Part shown: piece by piece, positions 1 to 7,545 of the stretch
Numbering within the stretch: the stretch's first letter is position 1
Layout: the number at the start of each line of letters is the position of its first letter
DNA from: Bacteroidota bacterium
GTDB lineage: Bacteria; Bacteroidota; Bacteroidia; Chitinophagales; Chitinophagaceae
Reading direction: 5' to 3'
DNA length: 48,605 bases
Assembly: GCA_004292575.1 (NCBI GenBank)
Contig: RDXD01000382.1
Span: 1 to 48,605 of the forward strand
The notes under the pieces: generated by a model
The model's database searches: none
Told to the model about the DNA's origin: nothing
The model's input: the letters and a program-made list of their open reading frames with translations, nothing else
Position numbers and translations under genes: made by a program

Positions 1-167
1 CGGCCCCCACCCGATTTTTTTTAACGGCCACTTTCTAAGGCCCACAGCGCGGAGTTGTGCAGCCTGATTGACCAGTTTTTTGCTTTGTTTGTGTGTAAGT
101 TTTTAGTATTGTTTGGTGGTGGTAAAAATCAAAACATCAGAACATCAACACATCAAAAAATCATATT

Positions 168-899
168 CTATTTCTTGCTAAGCGCTGCCTGTGCGTGCGG
201 GCTTAGAATAAGGCGGCCACTGATGGCGGCACGTTGGGGCAGCAGGGTGTCCCAATGCTCGGTGCCGGCCCAAAACACACGCTTGAGTGCCGCCATGGCT
301 TCGGGGCTGCTGGCGCTGAGCTGCTCGGCAAGCAACAAAACGGCTGCATCGAGGTTGGGGGTGCTGCTGTGCAGCTCGGCAAACAGGCCTTTTTGGTGTG
401 CCCAAGCTGCGGTTTGGAAATGGGTGGCGTGGGTGGCCAATTGGCGCTCTACGGCGGGCCCTACCACAAAGGGGCCAATGCCCACGGCCAATTCGCTGAG
501 TTTTATGGCGGCTTGGGTGGTGGCCAGCGCATAATCGGCGGCGGCGGCTAGGCCTACACCACCGCCCACACACTTGCCCTGAATGCGGGCAATGATGAGT
601 TTGCTGCTTTGCCGCATGGCATTGATAACCATGGCGAAGCCAGAGAAAAAATGTAACCCTTCGGCTTCGGTTTTTAGCGCCTGTAGCTCGGTAAAATTGG
701 CGCCGGCACAAAATGCGCCCTCGCCGCCGCTGCGCAGCACCAGCACGCGGATGCTGCTGTCTTGACTGGCCTGGGTAATGGATTGTGCCAACTGCTGTAG
801 CAACTGCCCGGGTAGCGAATTGCTGGCGGGGTGAAAAAACTCGATGGTGCCAATGCCGTTGTGCTGCGTGCTGTGGATGTAGGGGCTATTGCTGCTCAT
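168..899 (-). CDS. Enoyl-CoA hydratase/isomerase (crotonase) family protein, methylglutaconyl-CoA hydratase-like
   Basis: Crotonase motifs AFCAGANF, IIARIQGKCVGGGVGLAAAADY and KLSELAVGIGP; lies downstream of paaZ on the same strand. Possibly lacks ~8 residues after AVER (see findings). Confidence 0.9.
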   Translation of the reverse strand: MSSNSPYIHSTQHNGIGTIEFFHPASNSLPGQLLQQLAQSITQASQDSSIRVLVLRSGGEGAFCAGANFTELQALKTEAEGLHFFSGFAMVINAMRQSSKLIIARIQGKCVGGGVGLAAAADYALATTQAAIKLSELAVGIGPFVVGPAVERQLATHATHFQTAAWAHQKGLFAELHSSTPNLDAAVLLLAEQLSASSPEAMAALKRVFWAGTEHWDTLLPQRAAISGRLILSPHAQAALSKK

Positions 900-1012
900 G
901 TGGTGCTATTGTTTTAGGTTGGTGTTTTTATTTGTAGAAGGGCCTGCTTGGCCAAGGCTGAATGGATGCTGGTACCAAATAGCGATGACCGGTGGCGGGG
1001 CGGCGTGAGGGA

Positions 1013-1092
1013 TTGGAATGGAAAGCCCACAGGCTCTACGGTAGTAGAGACGAGGACTTGGAATGGAAAGCCCGACCCGAAGGGGCACGCCC
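1013..1092. repeat. REP-like intergenic element: two 16-bp direct repeats flanking a hairpin
   Basis: TTGGAATGGAAAGCCC at 1013-1028 and 1058-1073; hairpin CTCTAC-ggta-GTAGAG (1034-1049) between them; CCC-gaa-GGG hairpin after the second copy. Confidence 0.65.
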
Positions 1093-1108
1093 ATATTTTA
1101 ATTTTTTT

Positions 1109-3217
1109 TTAGGTAGTGGCTGGCGGAGCATGGGTGGCTGTGGCTGGGCTGCTGCTGTTGATGCTGCTGTTGGTGGGGCGCAGGGCTACCATGGTAAGTA
1201 TGGTGGCTACGCCAATGAGTTCGTCGGTATCATCAATCATTTCTACCAGCCATTTTACAATGCCGCGGGGTATATCGGTAGGTTCGGTTTGCTCCTGGGG
1301 CAGTTTTTGCTTGCAGGTAAAACGCACTTGCAGCGTGGCACCGGGGTACACGGGTTTGGTAAACCGCAGCTCATCGATGCCATAGTTGAGCAAAACGGGA
1401 TTTTTGGCTCCACTGCTTACAAACAAGCCGGCGGCTGCACTCATAATGAAATAGCCGTGTGCCACCTGCCGCTCAAACATGGTGCCTTCAAAATTGGTAT
1501 GGCTAAGGTGGGCATAAAAATGATCGCCGGTGAGCTGGGCAAAGTCATCAATATCTTGGCTGGTAATGAGGCGCTTTTGGGTGAGGAGTTGATCGCCAAT
1601 GCTAAGTTCTTCGAAGTATTTGGTAAAGGGGTGTGGGCCGCCGGTGATGCCGGGTGCGCCCTGCTGATGCTGCTGTGTAATGGCGGTAAGCATGGCTGGG
1701 CTGCCTTGCACAGCCACCCGCTGCATATAGTGTTTTATGCCGCGGAGGCCTCCCATTTCTTCGCCACCACCTGCCCGGCCTGGCCCGCCGTGTACCAGCA
1801 GGGGTAGTGGGCTGCCGTGGCCGGTGCTTTCGGGGGCGCACTCGGCATTAAGCACCAATATGCGGCCGTGGTGGGTGCCGGCGCCCAGCACATAGGCGCG
1901 GGCATGGGCTGCGCTGGCGGTAACAATGGAGCTGCAGAGTGACCCCTTGCCCAGTTTGCTGAGGTGGATGGCCTCGTCGATGCCCTGGTAAGGCATGAGC
2001 GTGCTAACGGGGCCAAAAGCTTCCACATCGTGCACGGCAGCATCGGTAAGGGGATGCTGATTTACCAGCAGCATTGGGCTTAAAAATGCGCCCAGCTGGG
2101 CGTCGGCATCAATGAGTTGCACGCTATCGAGGCTGCCATACACCAGTTGGCTGGTGGCCAGCAAGCGCTGCACCTGCTGGCGCACCTCGGTACGTTGGTG
2201 CTGCCCGGCCAGTGCGCCCATGCGCACTTTATCGTTCAGGGGGTTGCCAATGCTGGTTTGGCTAAGGGCTTTTGCCAGGGCGGCTTGCACGGCATCGAGG
2301 TGGCGGGCAGGTACAAAAATGCGGCGCACGGCAGTGCATTTTTGACCCGCTTTTACGGTAATTTCTTTGCGTACTTCTTTTATAAACAGGTCCCACTCGG
2401 GCATTTTGGGAGTTACATCTTCGGCCAGTATGATGCAGTTGAGGCTATCGGCCTCCATATTGAACGATACGGATTGGCTGAGTATTTGGGGGTGGCTTTT
2501 GAGCTGGAGACCGGTGGTGGCGCTGCCCGTAAACGTAACCACATCTTGGTGAGTAACATGCTGCAGTAGGTTGCCAGCGCTGCCGCAAATAAGTTGCAGG
2601 GCGCCCTTGGGCAGCAAATTGCTTTGGGCAATGCGCTTAACCACGGCTTGGGTAAGATAGCAGGTGGCCGTGGCAGGTTTTACCACGGCGGGCATGCCTG
2701 CTAGTAAATTGACGGCTATTTTTTCGAGCATGCCCCAAACAGGGAAATTGTAAGCGTTGATGTGGATGGCAACACCCTCTTTGGGCACCAGCAGGTGATG
2801 GCCCATAAATTGCCCCTGCTTGCCCAGTTGGTGCGTGTCGCCATCAAGGCAAAAACTTTCGTTGGGCAACTTGCGGCGCAGGCTGGCATTGGCAAACAAA
2901 TTACCGATACCGCCTTCGAGGTCAATCCAGCTGTCGGCACGGGTGGCACCGGTTTGGTAGCTGATGCTATAAAACTCGGGCAAGTGCTGCTGCAGGTACA
3001 GGGCCAGCGCTTTAAGCATAAGGCCCCGCTGGTGGAAGGTCATTTTGCGCAGTGCCGGATTGCCCACCTGGCGGGCGTAGTCCAGTACCGATTGGAAACA
3101 AAGGCCGGCGCTGGTGGCTGCTGCAATGGGCTGTCCGGAAACGGCATGGAAAAGCAGCTGGCCTTCGCCATCGGCGCTTACCCACTGGTTTTCGATAAAG
3201 TGTTCGAGTGTTTTCAT
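1109..3217 (-). CDS. paaZ: Phenylacetate degradation bifunctional protein PaaZ (aldehyde dehydrogenase + MaoC-type hydratase)
   Basis: ALDH motifs HINAYNFPVWGMLEK, FTGSATTG, MEADSLN, KAGQKCTAVRR, EAFGPV, ESTGHGSPLP; C-terminal hot-dog domain FAQLTGDHFYAH...VAHGYF. ATG at 3217 (MKTLEHF) preferred over the upstream TTG. Confidence 0.95.
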   Translation of the reverse strand: MKTLEHFIENQWVSADGEGQLLFHAVSGQPIAAATSAGLCFQSVLDYARQVGNPALRKMTFHQRGLMLKALALYLQQHLPEFYSISYQTGATRADSWIDLEGGIGNLFANASLRRKLPNESFCLDGDTHQLGKQGQFMGHHLLVPKEGVAIHINAYNFPVWGMLEKIAVNLLAGMPAVVKPATATCYLTQAVVKRIAQSNLLPKGALQLICGSAGNLLQHVTHQDVVTFTGSATTGLQLKSHPQILSQSVSFNMEADSLNCIILAEDVTPKMPEWDLFIKEVRKEITVKAGQKCTAVRRIFVPARHLDAVQAALAKALSQTSIGNPLNDKVRMGALAGQHQRTEVRQQVQRLLATSQLVYGSLDSVQLIDADAQLGAFLSPMLLVNQHPLTDAAVHDVEAFGPVSTLMPYQGIDEAIHLSKLGKGSLCSSIVTASAAHARAYVLGAGTHHGRILVLNAECAPESTGHGSPLPLLVHGGPGRAGGGEEMGGLRGIKHYMQRVAVQGSPAMLTAITQQHQQGAPGITGGPHPFTKYFEELSIGDQLLTQKRLITSQDIDDFAQLTGDHFYAHLSHTNFEGTMFERQVAHGYFIMSAAAGLFVSSGAKNPVLLNYGIDELRFTKPVYPGATLQVRFTCKQKLPQEQTEPTDIPRGIVKWLVEMIDDTDELIGVATILTMVALRPTNSSINSSSPATATHAPPATT

Positions 3218-3836
3218 ACGTTTTTTTGGGGGCTGCAACGGTGGTTAGAGCGTTAGTTTATAAATGAATGGCGTGGTTAGGTGATGATGTGTGGGTTGGG
3301 AGGCCATGTGTGGTGGTGTGATCTGCTGTGGCAATTGTGGCGGCCACTTTTTTGTTTTATGGTGGCTGCACATACCTATGGCAGGGTATGTAGCCCATAG
3401 CCAGCAAGTTTTTACCACATTTGGCGCACGCAAGCTAAGTGCTGCGGTTGTGGTGGTAAAAGTTAAGTAGTACTTGGGTTCGGGTAGGGCTATTTTTTTG
3501 AACCCTTAATACGGCATGGGCAAGTTTTTTCGAAATTTTGGCGTAAAGTTATTGGGCTAGTGGGCATGTAGAATATGTTAAAATTGTAGTACTTGTAGGG
3601 GTGGCTAGGGTTTTGGTATATAAGGCTGAAAATGCGAAAGTTAGTCGGCTACAACGGTGCGTTAAAGTGTTGGTTCAGGTGGTGGCTACTGGGGTTTGGA
3701 GCCAAAAAACGATGTTAACAGGTCAGGTCGTTTATTAAGGCGCGCTTCGGCTTGCCTAGTGCTAGCACGGCTGCGGGCCATACGGTGGCTGCCATTATGT
3801 TTGTGCACGCCCTGTTTGTGCCATATTACAATTGCC

Positions 3837-3844
3837 TACTTTTG
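3837..3844 (+). promoter_or_regulatory. Bacteroidota primary sigma -7 promoter element
   Basis: TACTTTTG matches TAnnTTTG, 5 nt before the ATG at 3850. Confidence 0.55.
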
Positions 3845-3849
3845 CTATT

Positions 3850-4584
3850 ATGCCTTTTTTCAAATTGCCAAAAACCTTAAGATGGCTGGGTGCAGTGGCC
3901 TTGCTGCTGCTGCTGCTGTTGAATAGCTATCGGCTTGGCATATGCCTTTATTTTTACAAGGACTTTTGGGGTCAACCAGAGTTTTATCGCAGTCTGTGGA
4001 TGGGTTTTAGGTTCGATTGCCGCATTGTGGGTGGCATAACCCTGTTGTTGTTGCTAATCAGTTTTTTGCCGGGGGTTCATTTTTTTAAGCGCAGCTGGCC
4101 CCAGCGTTTGGCCATGGTGGTGTACGGTTTGGCGGCAGCACTGCTGTTTTCGCTGTATGCCCTCGATTTGGCGCACCTGTTTATTACCAAGCAGCGGCTT
4201 GATTTGCAAACCATTTACAACATAAAGGTGGGTAACGCCGATGGAGTGGCCTTTGTAAAAACCACGCCATTTGTAACGTTAGGTCTTATTGTAGCCATTT
4301 CGGTATGGGTTTTTTTGCTGGTGGTGGCTTTTATTCATAGGCGCATAGGCAGGCAAAACAGCAGCGATGAACGGTGGGTAAGGATTTATTGGCAGGTGAT
4401 GTTTTGCCTGCTATCGCTGGTGGGTATATATGGCCGCATTGGAAAAGAGCCGTTGCACCCGGGCATTGCTAAACTGCTGCCAAGTGCACAGGCACAGACG
4501 TTAGCGGTAAATCCGTTGGAGGCACTGGTGTACAGTATATTTACTGCCGATTCTGCCGCGCCCAAGGATGCAGGTGCGCCTTAA
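3850..4584 (+). CDS. Membrane protein resembling the N-terminal transmembrane domain of LTA synthase-family proteins, without the catalytic domain
   Basis: About five hydrophobic segments; motifs LWMGFRFDCRIV, YALDLAHL...QRLD and terminal LAVNPL resemble Bacteroidota LTA synthase-family N-termini (from memory of the family). The ORF stops right after this domain. Confidence 0.6.
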   Translation: MPFFKLPKTLRWLGAVALLLLLLLNSYRLGICLYFYKDFWGQPEFYRSLWMGFRFDCRIVGGITLLLLLISFLPGVHFFKRSWPQRLAMVVYGLAAALLFSLYALDLAHLFITKQRLDLQTIYNIKVGNADGVAFVKTTPFVTLGLIVAISVWVFLLVVAFIHRRIGRQNSSDERWVRIYWQVMFCLLSLVGIYGRIGKEPLHPGIAKLLPSAQAQTLAVNPLEALVYSIFTADSAAPKDAGAP

Positions 4585-4636
4585 TGGCGAGTTTTTTTTG
4601 GAGGCGATAAGAACATTTTCTTTTTGTTTTTTAACC

Positions 4637-5743
4637 ATGGGTGTAATAACCAAACTTACCATAGCCGAAAGCTTGCCACAATGGGCTAATGCCCTCATTT
4701 TAGATGTGCGGAGTCCGGCAGAGTATGCCCATGCCCATATACCTGGGGCCGTTAGCCTACCACTGTTTAGCAATGAGGAGCGCAAAATAATTGGTACGCT
4801 TTACAAGCAAGAGAGCCAGCAAAAAGCCATAAAAGCCGGACTGGCCTTTTTTGGACCCAAAATGGTAACGCTGGTGCAGCAGGTAGAGGCATTGGTGGCC
4901 GAGCAAACCAGTAAAACAGCGCAGGATATGATGCCATCTGCCAAAGCGGTGGTGGTGCATTGCTGGCGGGGCGGCATGCGGAGCGCGGCCGTGGCTTGGC
5001 TGCTAAACTTATACGGCTTTGAGGTGCAAACCTTGGTGGGTGGCTATAAGGCCTACCGACAATGGGCGCTGCAGCAGCTGGATCAGGAGTATGCCATGCA
5101 GGTGATAGGCGGATGCACCGGTAGCGGCAAAACCGAAATTTTGCAACGTTTGGCCAAACTTGGGCATGCCATAGTTGATTTGGAAGGGATAGCAGGCCAC
5201 AAGGGATCGGCTTTTGGTAATATTGGCCTGCCTGAGCAACCCAGCCAAGAAATGTTTGAAAACCGATTGGCCCTGCAATTGTACCGGTGCCGGCAGGCGG
5301 GCAAGCCCATTTTTATTGAAGATGAAAGCCAACGCATTGGTACGGTAAATATACCCATGGTTTTTTACAGCAAAATGCGCCAAAGCCCTTTGTTTTATCT
5401 GGATATTCCGTTTGAAGCGCGCTTGGATTACATAGCCCAAGACTATGGAAAAGGCGAGATGGAAGCGTTGATAAACGCCATAGTGCGCATAAAAAAGCGC
5501 TTGGGTGGCTTAGAGGCCAAAACGGCCATCAATTTTTTGCTGGAAGGCGATAAAAAGGCTTGCTTTAGCATACTGCTACAGTACTACGACAAATGGTACA
5601 CCAAAAGCATACCCAACCTGCGCAACCCCAACAGCATGGTAAAGTACGATATACCTTGCAGCTCCACCCATGCAGGCGATAATGCGCAGGCCATACTGCA
5701 GTTTGCAAGCCAGCACAATCAAATGCAACCCACAGGTTTGTAG
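4637..5743 (+). CDS. mnmH: tRNA 2-selenouridine(34) synthase MnmH/SelU
   Basis: Rhodanese domain LDVRSPAEYAHAHIPGA and VHCWRGGMRS; P-loop GCTGSGKT; DLEGIAGHKGSAFG; EDESQRIG. ATG at 4637 preferred. Confidence 0.95.
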   Translation: MGVITKLTIAESLPQWANALILDVRSPAEYAHAHIPGAVSLPLFSNEERKIIGTLYKQESQQKAIKAGLAFFGPKMVTLVQQVEALVAEQTSKTAQDMMPSAKAVVVHCWRGGMRSAAVAWLLNLYGFEVQTLVGGYKAYRQWALQQLDQEYAMQVIGGCTGSGKTEILQRLAKLGHAIVDLEGIAGHKGSAFGNIGLPEQPSQEMFENRLALQLYRCRQAGKPIFIEDESQRIGTVNIPMVFYSKMRQSPLFYLDIPFEARLDYIAQDYGKGEMEALINAIVRIKKRLGGLEAKTAINFLLEGDKKACFSILLQYYDKWYTKSIPNLRNPNSMVKYDIPCSSTHAGDNAQAILQFASQHNQMQPTGL

Positions 5744-5892
5744 CTTTTTGGGGGTTCAAAAAAGGGGTATTGGCCCATCAAGAGTTCAACTGCCGGCACA
5801 TTATTGGTAGGGAATAAGTGTACGCAGTGGCTGACAATGGACAATTGTTGGTGTTTTGGCTTGTGTTTTACGCTTGGGCTGCTGCCTTGTGT

Positions 5893-5978
5893 TCAACCTC
5901 AACCTCAACCTTAGCCTAATCCTTAACGTCTTCCTTAGCCTTAACCTCAACCTCCTCCTCAACCTCTTTCTCCTCCTC
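5893..5978. repeat. Degenerate hexamer tandem repeat (NNNCCT; on the - strand it encodes E/K-X dipeptides)
   Basis: caacct caacct caacct tagcct aatcct ... taacct caacct cctcct caacct; overlaps the 3' end of the DUF5606 gene. Confidence 0.8.
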
Positions 5979-6359
5979 ACCAAGCGTAATGGCTATTCCT
6001 GCATCGGTTAAAATTTTAAACCAGCGCACCATTTTTTTCATATCGCTGGCATATACGCGGTCCATATCCATTTGCGGAAATACCTCACCAAAATAGCTTT
6101 TCAGCGCTTTGGGTTCTTTGGCATCGGGCAATGGTAATGTGCTGTTACCCATGGCTTTAAACACATCCACCAGGTTTACATTGCTGCTGTATGTATAAAT
6201 TTCGATGCTTTCGAGGTGCGAAAACTGGTGGTTGCGGTTGCTTACAAACCGGGTGGTGTTGTCGTCGAGGCTGCGCACAATGGCGCCATCGTTTTTGCTG
6301 CTGATCAGTTCAAATAGGCTTTGTTGGCCGGTAACACTAATAAGTCGCTTGTATTCCAT
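5916..6359 (-). CDS. DUF5606/DUF6852-type conserved Bacteroidota protein with acidic low-complexity tail
   Basis: LISVTGQQSLFEL, SHLESIEIYT, YFGEVFPQMDMDRVYASDMKKMVRWF are typical of this family. ATG at 6359. Confidence 0.8.
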   Translation of the reverse strand: MEYKRLISVTGQQSLFELISSKNDGAIVRSLDDNTTRFVSNRNHQFSHLESIEIYTYSSNVNLVDVFKAMGNSTLPLPDAKEPKALKSYFGEVFPQMDMDRVYASDMKKMVRWFKILTDAGIAITLGEEEKEVEEEVEVKAKEDVKD

Positions 6360-6548
6360 AATGCTGGTATTAAAAGAGTGCAAAATAAAGGCTTGTGGTA
6401 TTAGCAAACTAAAATTGAACCCTTTTGAAGATGGTACCACGGCTTTTTCAGGTCTTGTGCAGGTGGCCTATGTTGGTGCTTTAGCCCGAAAGTTGGCCAT
6501 TCCAAGCGGTCATTTTTGCCATTTGCCACTGTATAACGTGCTTTCGGC

Positions 6549-6556
6549 TAATTTTG
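6549..6556 (+). promoter_or_regulatory. Bacteroidota -7 promoter element for the uppS-bamA-skp operon
   Basis: TAATTTTG, 21 nt upstream of the ATG at 6578. Confidence 0.55.
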
Positions 6557-6577
6557 CCAACCATTGGAAGTATTAAT

Positions 6578-7396
6578 ATGACTCAAGAGTACTTAAACCC
6601 CAACGCTGACACCCAAAGCTCGCCACCTAGCCCCGAAAACTTGGGGCTTTTGATGGATAGCGAGCGCTTGCCAAAGCATATAGCCATAATAATGGATGGC
6701 AATGGCCGATGGGCGCAGGAGCAAGGCCAAGACCGGCTGTTTGGGCATTTTCATGGCGTAGAAAGTGTGCGAAACATTGTGGAAGGCTGTGCCGAGCTAA
6801 AAATTGGCTACCTTACCCTGTATGCCTTTAGCACCGAAAACTGGGATAGACCGCAGGTGGAAGTAAACGGATTGATGGAGTTGCTGGTAGATACCATACG
6901 CAAAGAAACCGAAACCCTAAACCGCAATAATATAAAGCTGCACGTAATTGGCGACCGCAACATGCTAAGCGATTACGTAAACCAAGAACTGAACGAAAGC
7001 CTGGAGATTACCAAAGACAACACCGGCCTAAACCTAATAATGGCGCTGAGCTATAGTGGGCGCTGGGAGCTGGTACATGCTGTGCAGCACATAGCTGCCG
7101 ATGTGGAAGCGGGAAGCTTAAAAGCGGGTGCGGTAAACGAAGACACCCTGCGCAACTATTTGTACACCAGCGACTTTCCTGATCCCGAGCTGATGATACG
7201 CACCAGCGGCGAGTACCGCATCAGCAACTTTTTATTGTTTCAATTGGCTTATGCAGAGCTGTATTTTACCAATACACGGTGGCCCGATTTTAGAAAGCAG
7301 CACTTGTATGAAGCCCTGCTGGACTACCAAAGCCGAGAGCGCAGGTTTGGAAAAACGAGTGCCCAAATGTTAGCCTCACAACCCCCAATTGCGTGA
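6578..7396 (+). CDS. uppS: Isoprenyl transferase / undecaprenyl diphosphate synthase
   Basis: HIAIIMDGNGRWA, LYAFSTENWDRP, ALSYSGR, IRTSGEYRISNFLL, RERRFG; usual position upstream of bamA. Confidence 0.97.
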   Translation: MTQEYLNPNADTQSSPPSPENLGLLMDSERLPKHIAIIMDGNGRWAQEQGQDRLFGHFHGVESVRNIVEGCAELKIGYLTLYAFSTENWDRPQVEVNGLMELLVDTIRKETETLNRNNIKLHVIGDRNMLSDYVNQELNESLEITKDNTGLNLIMALSYSGRWELVHAVQHIAADVEAGSLKAGAVNEDTLRNYLYTSDFPDPELMIRTSGEYRISNFLLFQLAYAELYFTNTRWPDFRKQHLYEALLDYQSRERRFGKTSAQMLASQPPIA

Positions 7397-7545
7397 CTGC
7401 CGGGCGTGAATTTGCCTCGTTTTTAACTGCTTAACCGTGGCTGGGAGGTGGCATTTAACATACACTTACCATCTATCACTGCTAATTTGCACCTCTGTAC
7501 ATTGTTGTATCTTGTTTGTAATAAATACCGAAACTGATTTTCAGA

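Noticed and set aside
1013-1073. Two 16-bp repeats with a 29-nt spacer as a mini-CRISPR
   Set aside because: Only two short units, the spacer is itself a hairpin, and there are no cas genes.
1109-1175. Low-complexity C-terminal extension on PaaZ
   Set aside because: Short Ser/Thr/Pro/Ala tail most simply explained by stop-codon drift; no sign of function.
992-1807. 271-aa + strand ORF and other long ORFs antisense to paaZ, the hydratase, lutB, bamA and the PPIase
   Set aside because: Shadow frames opposite well-supported genes, with no recognisable motifs.
5801-5983. 60-aa Arg/Leu-rich ORF (RLRLRL)
   Set aside because: Alternative reading of the hexamer repeat that encodes the DUF5606 acidic tail.
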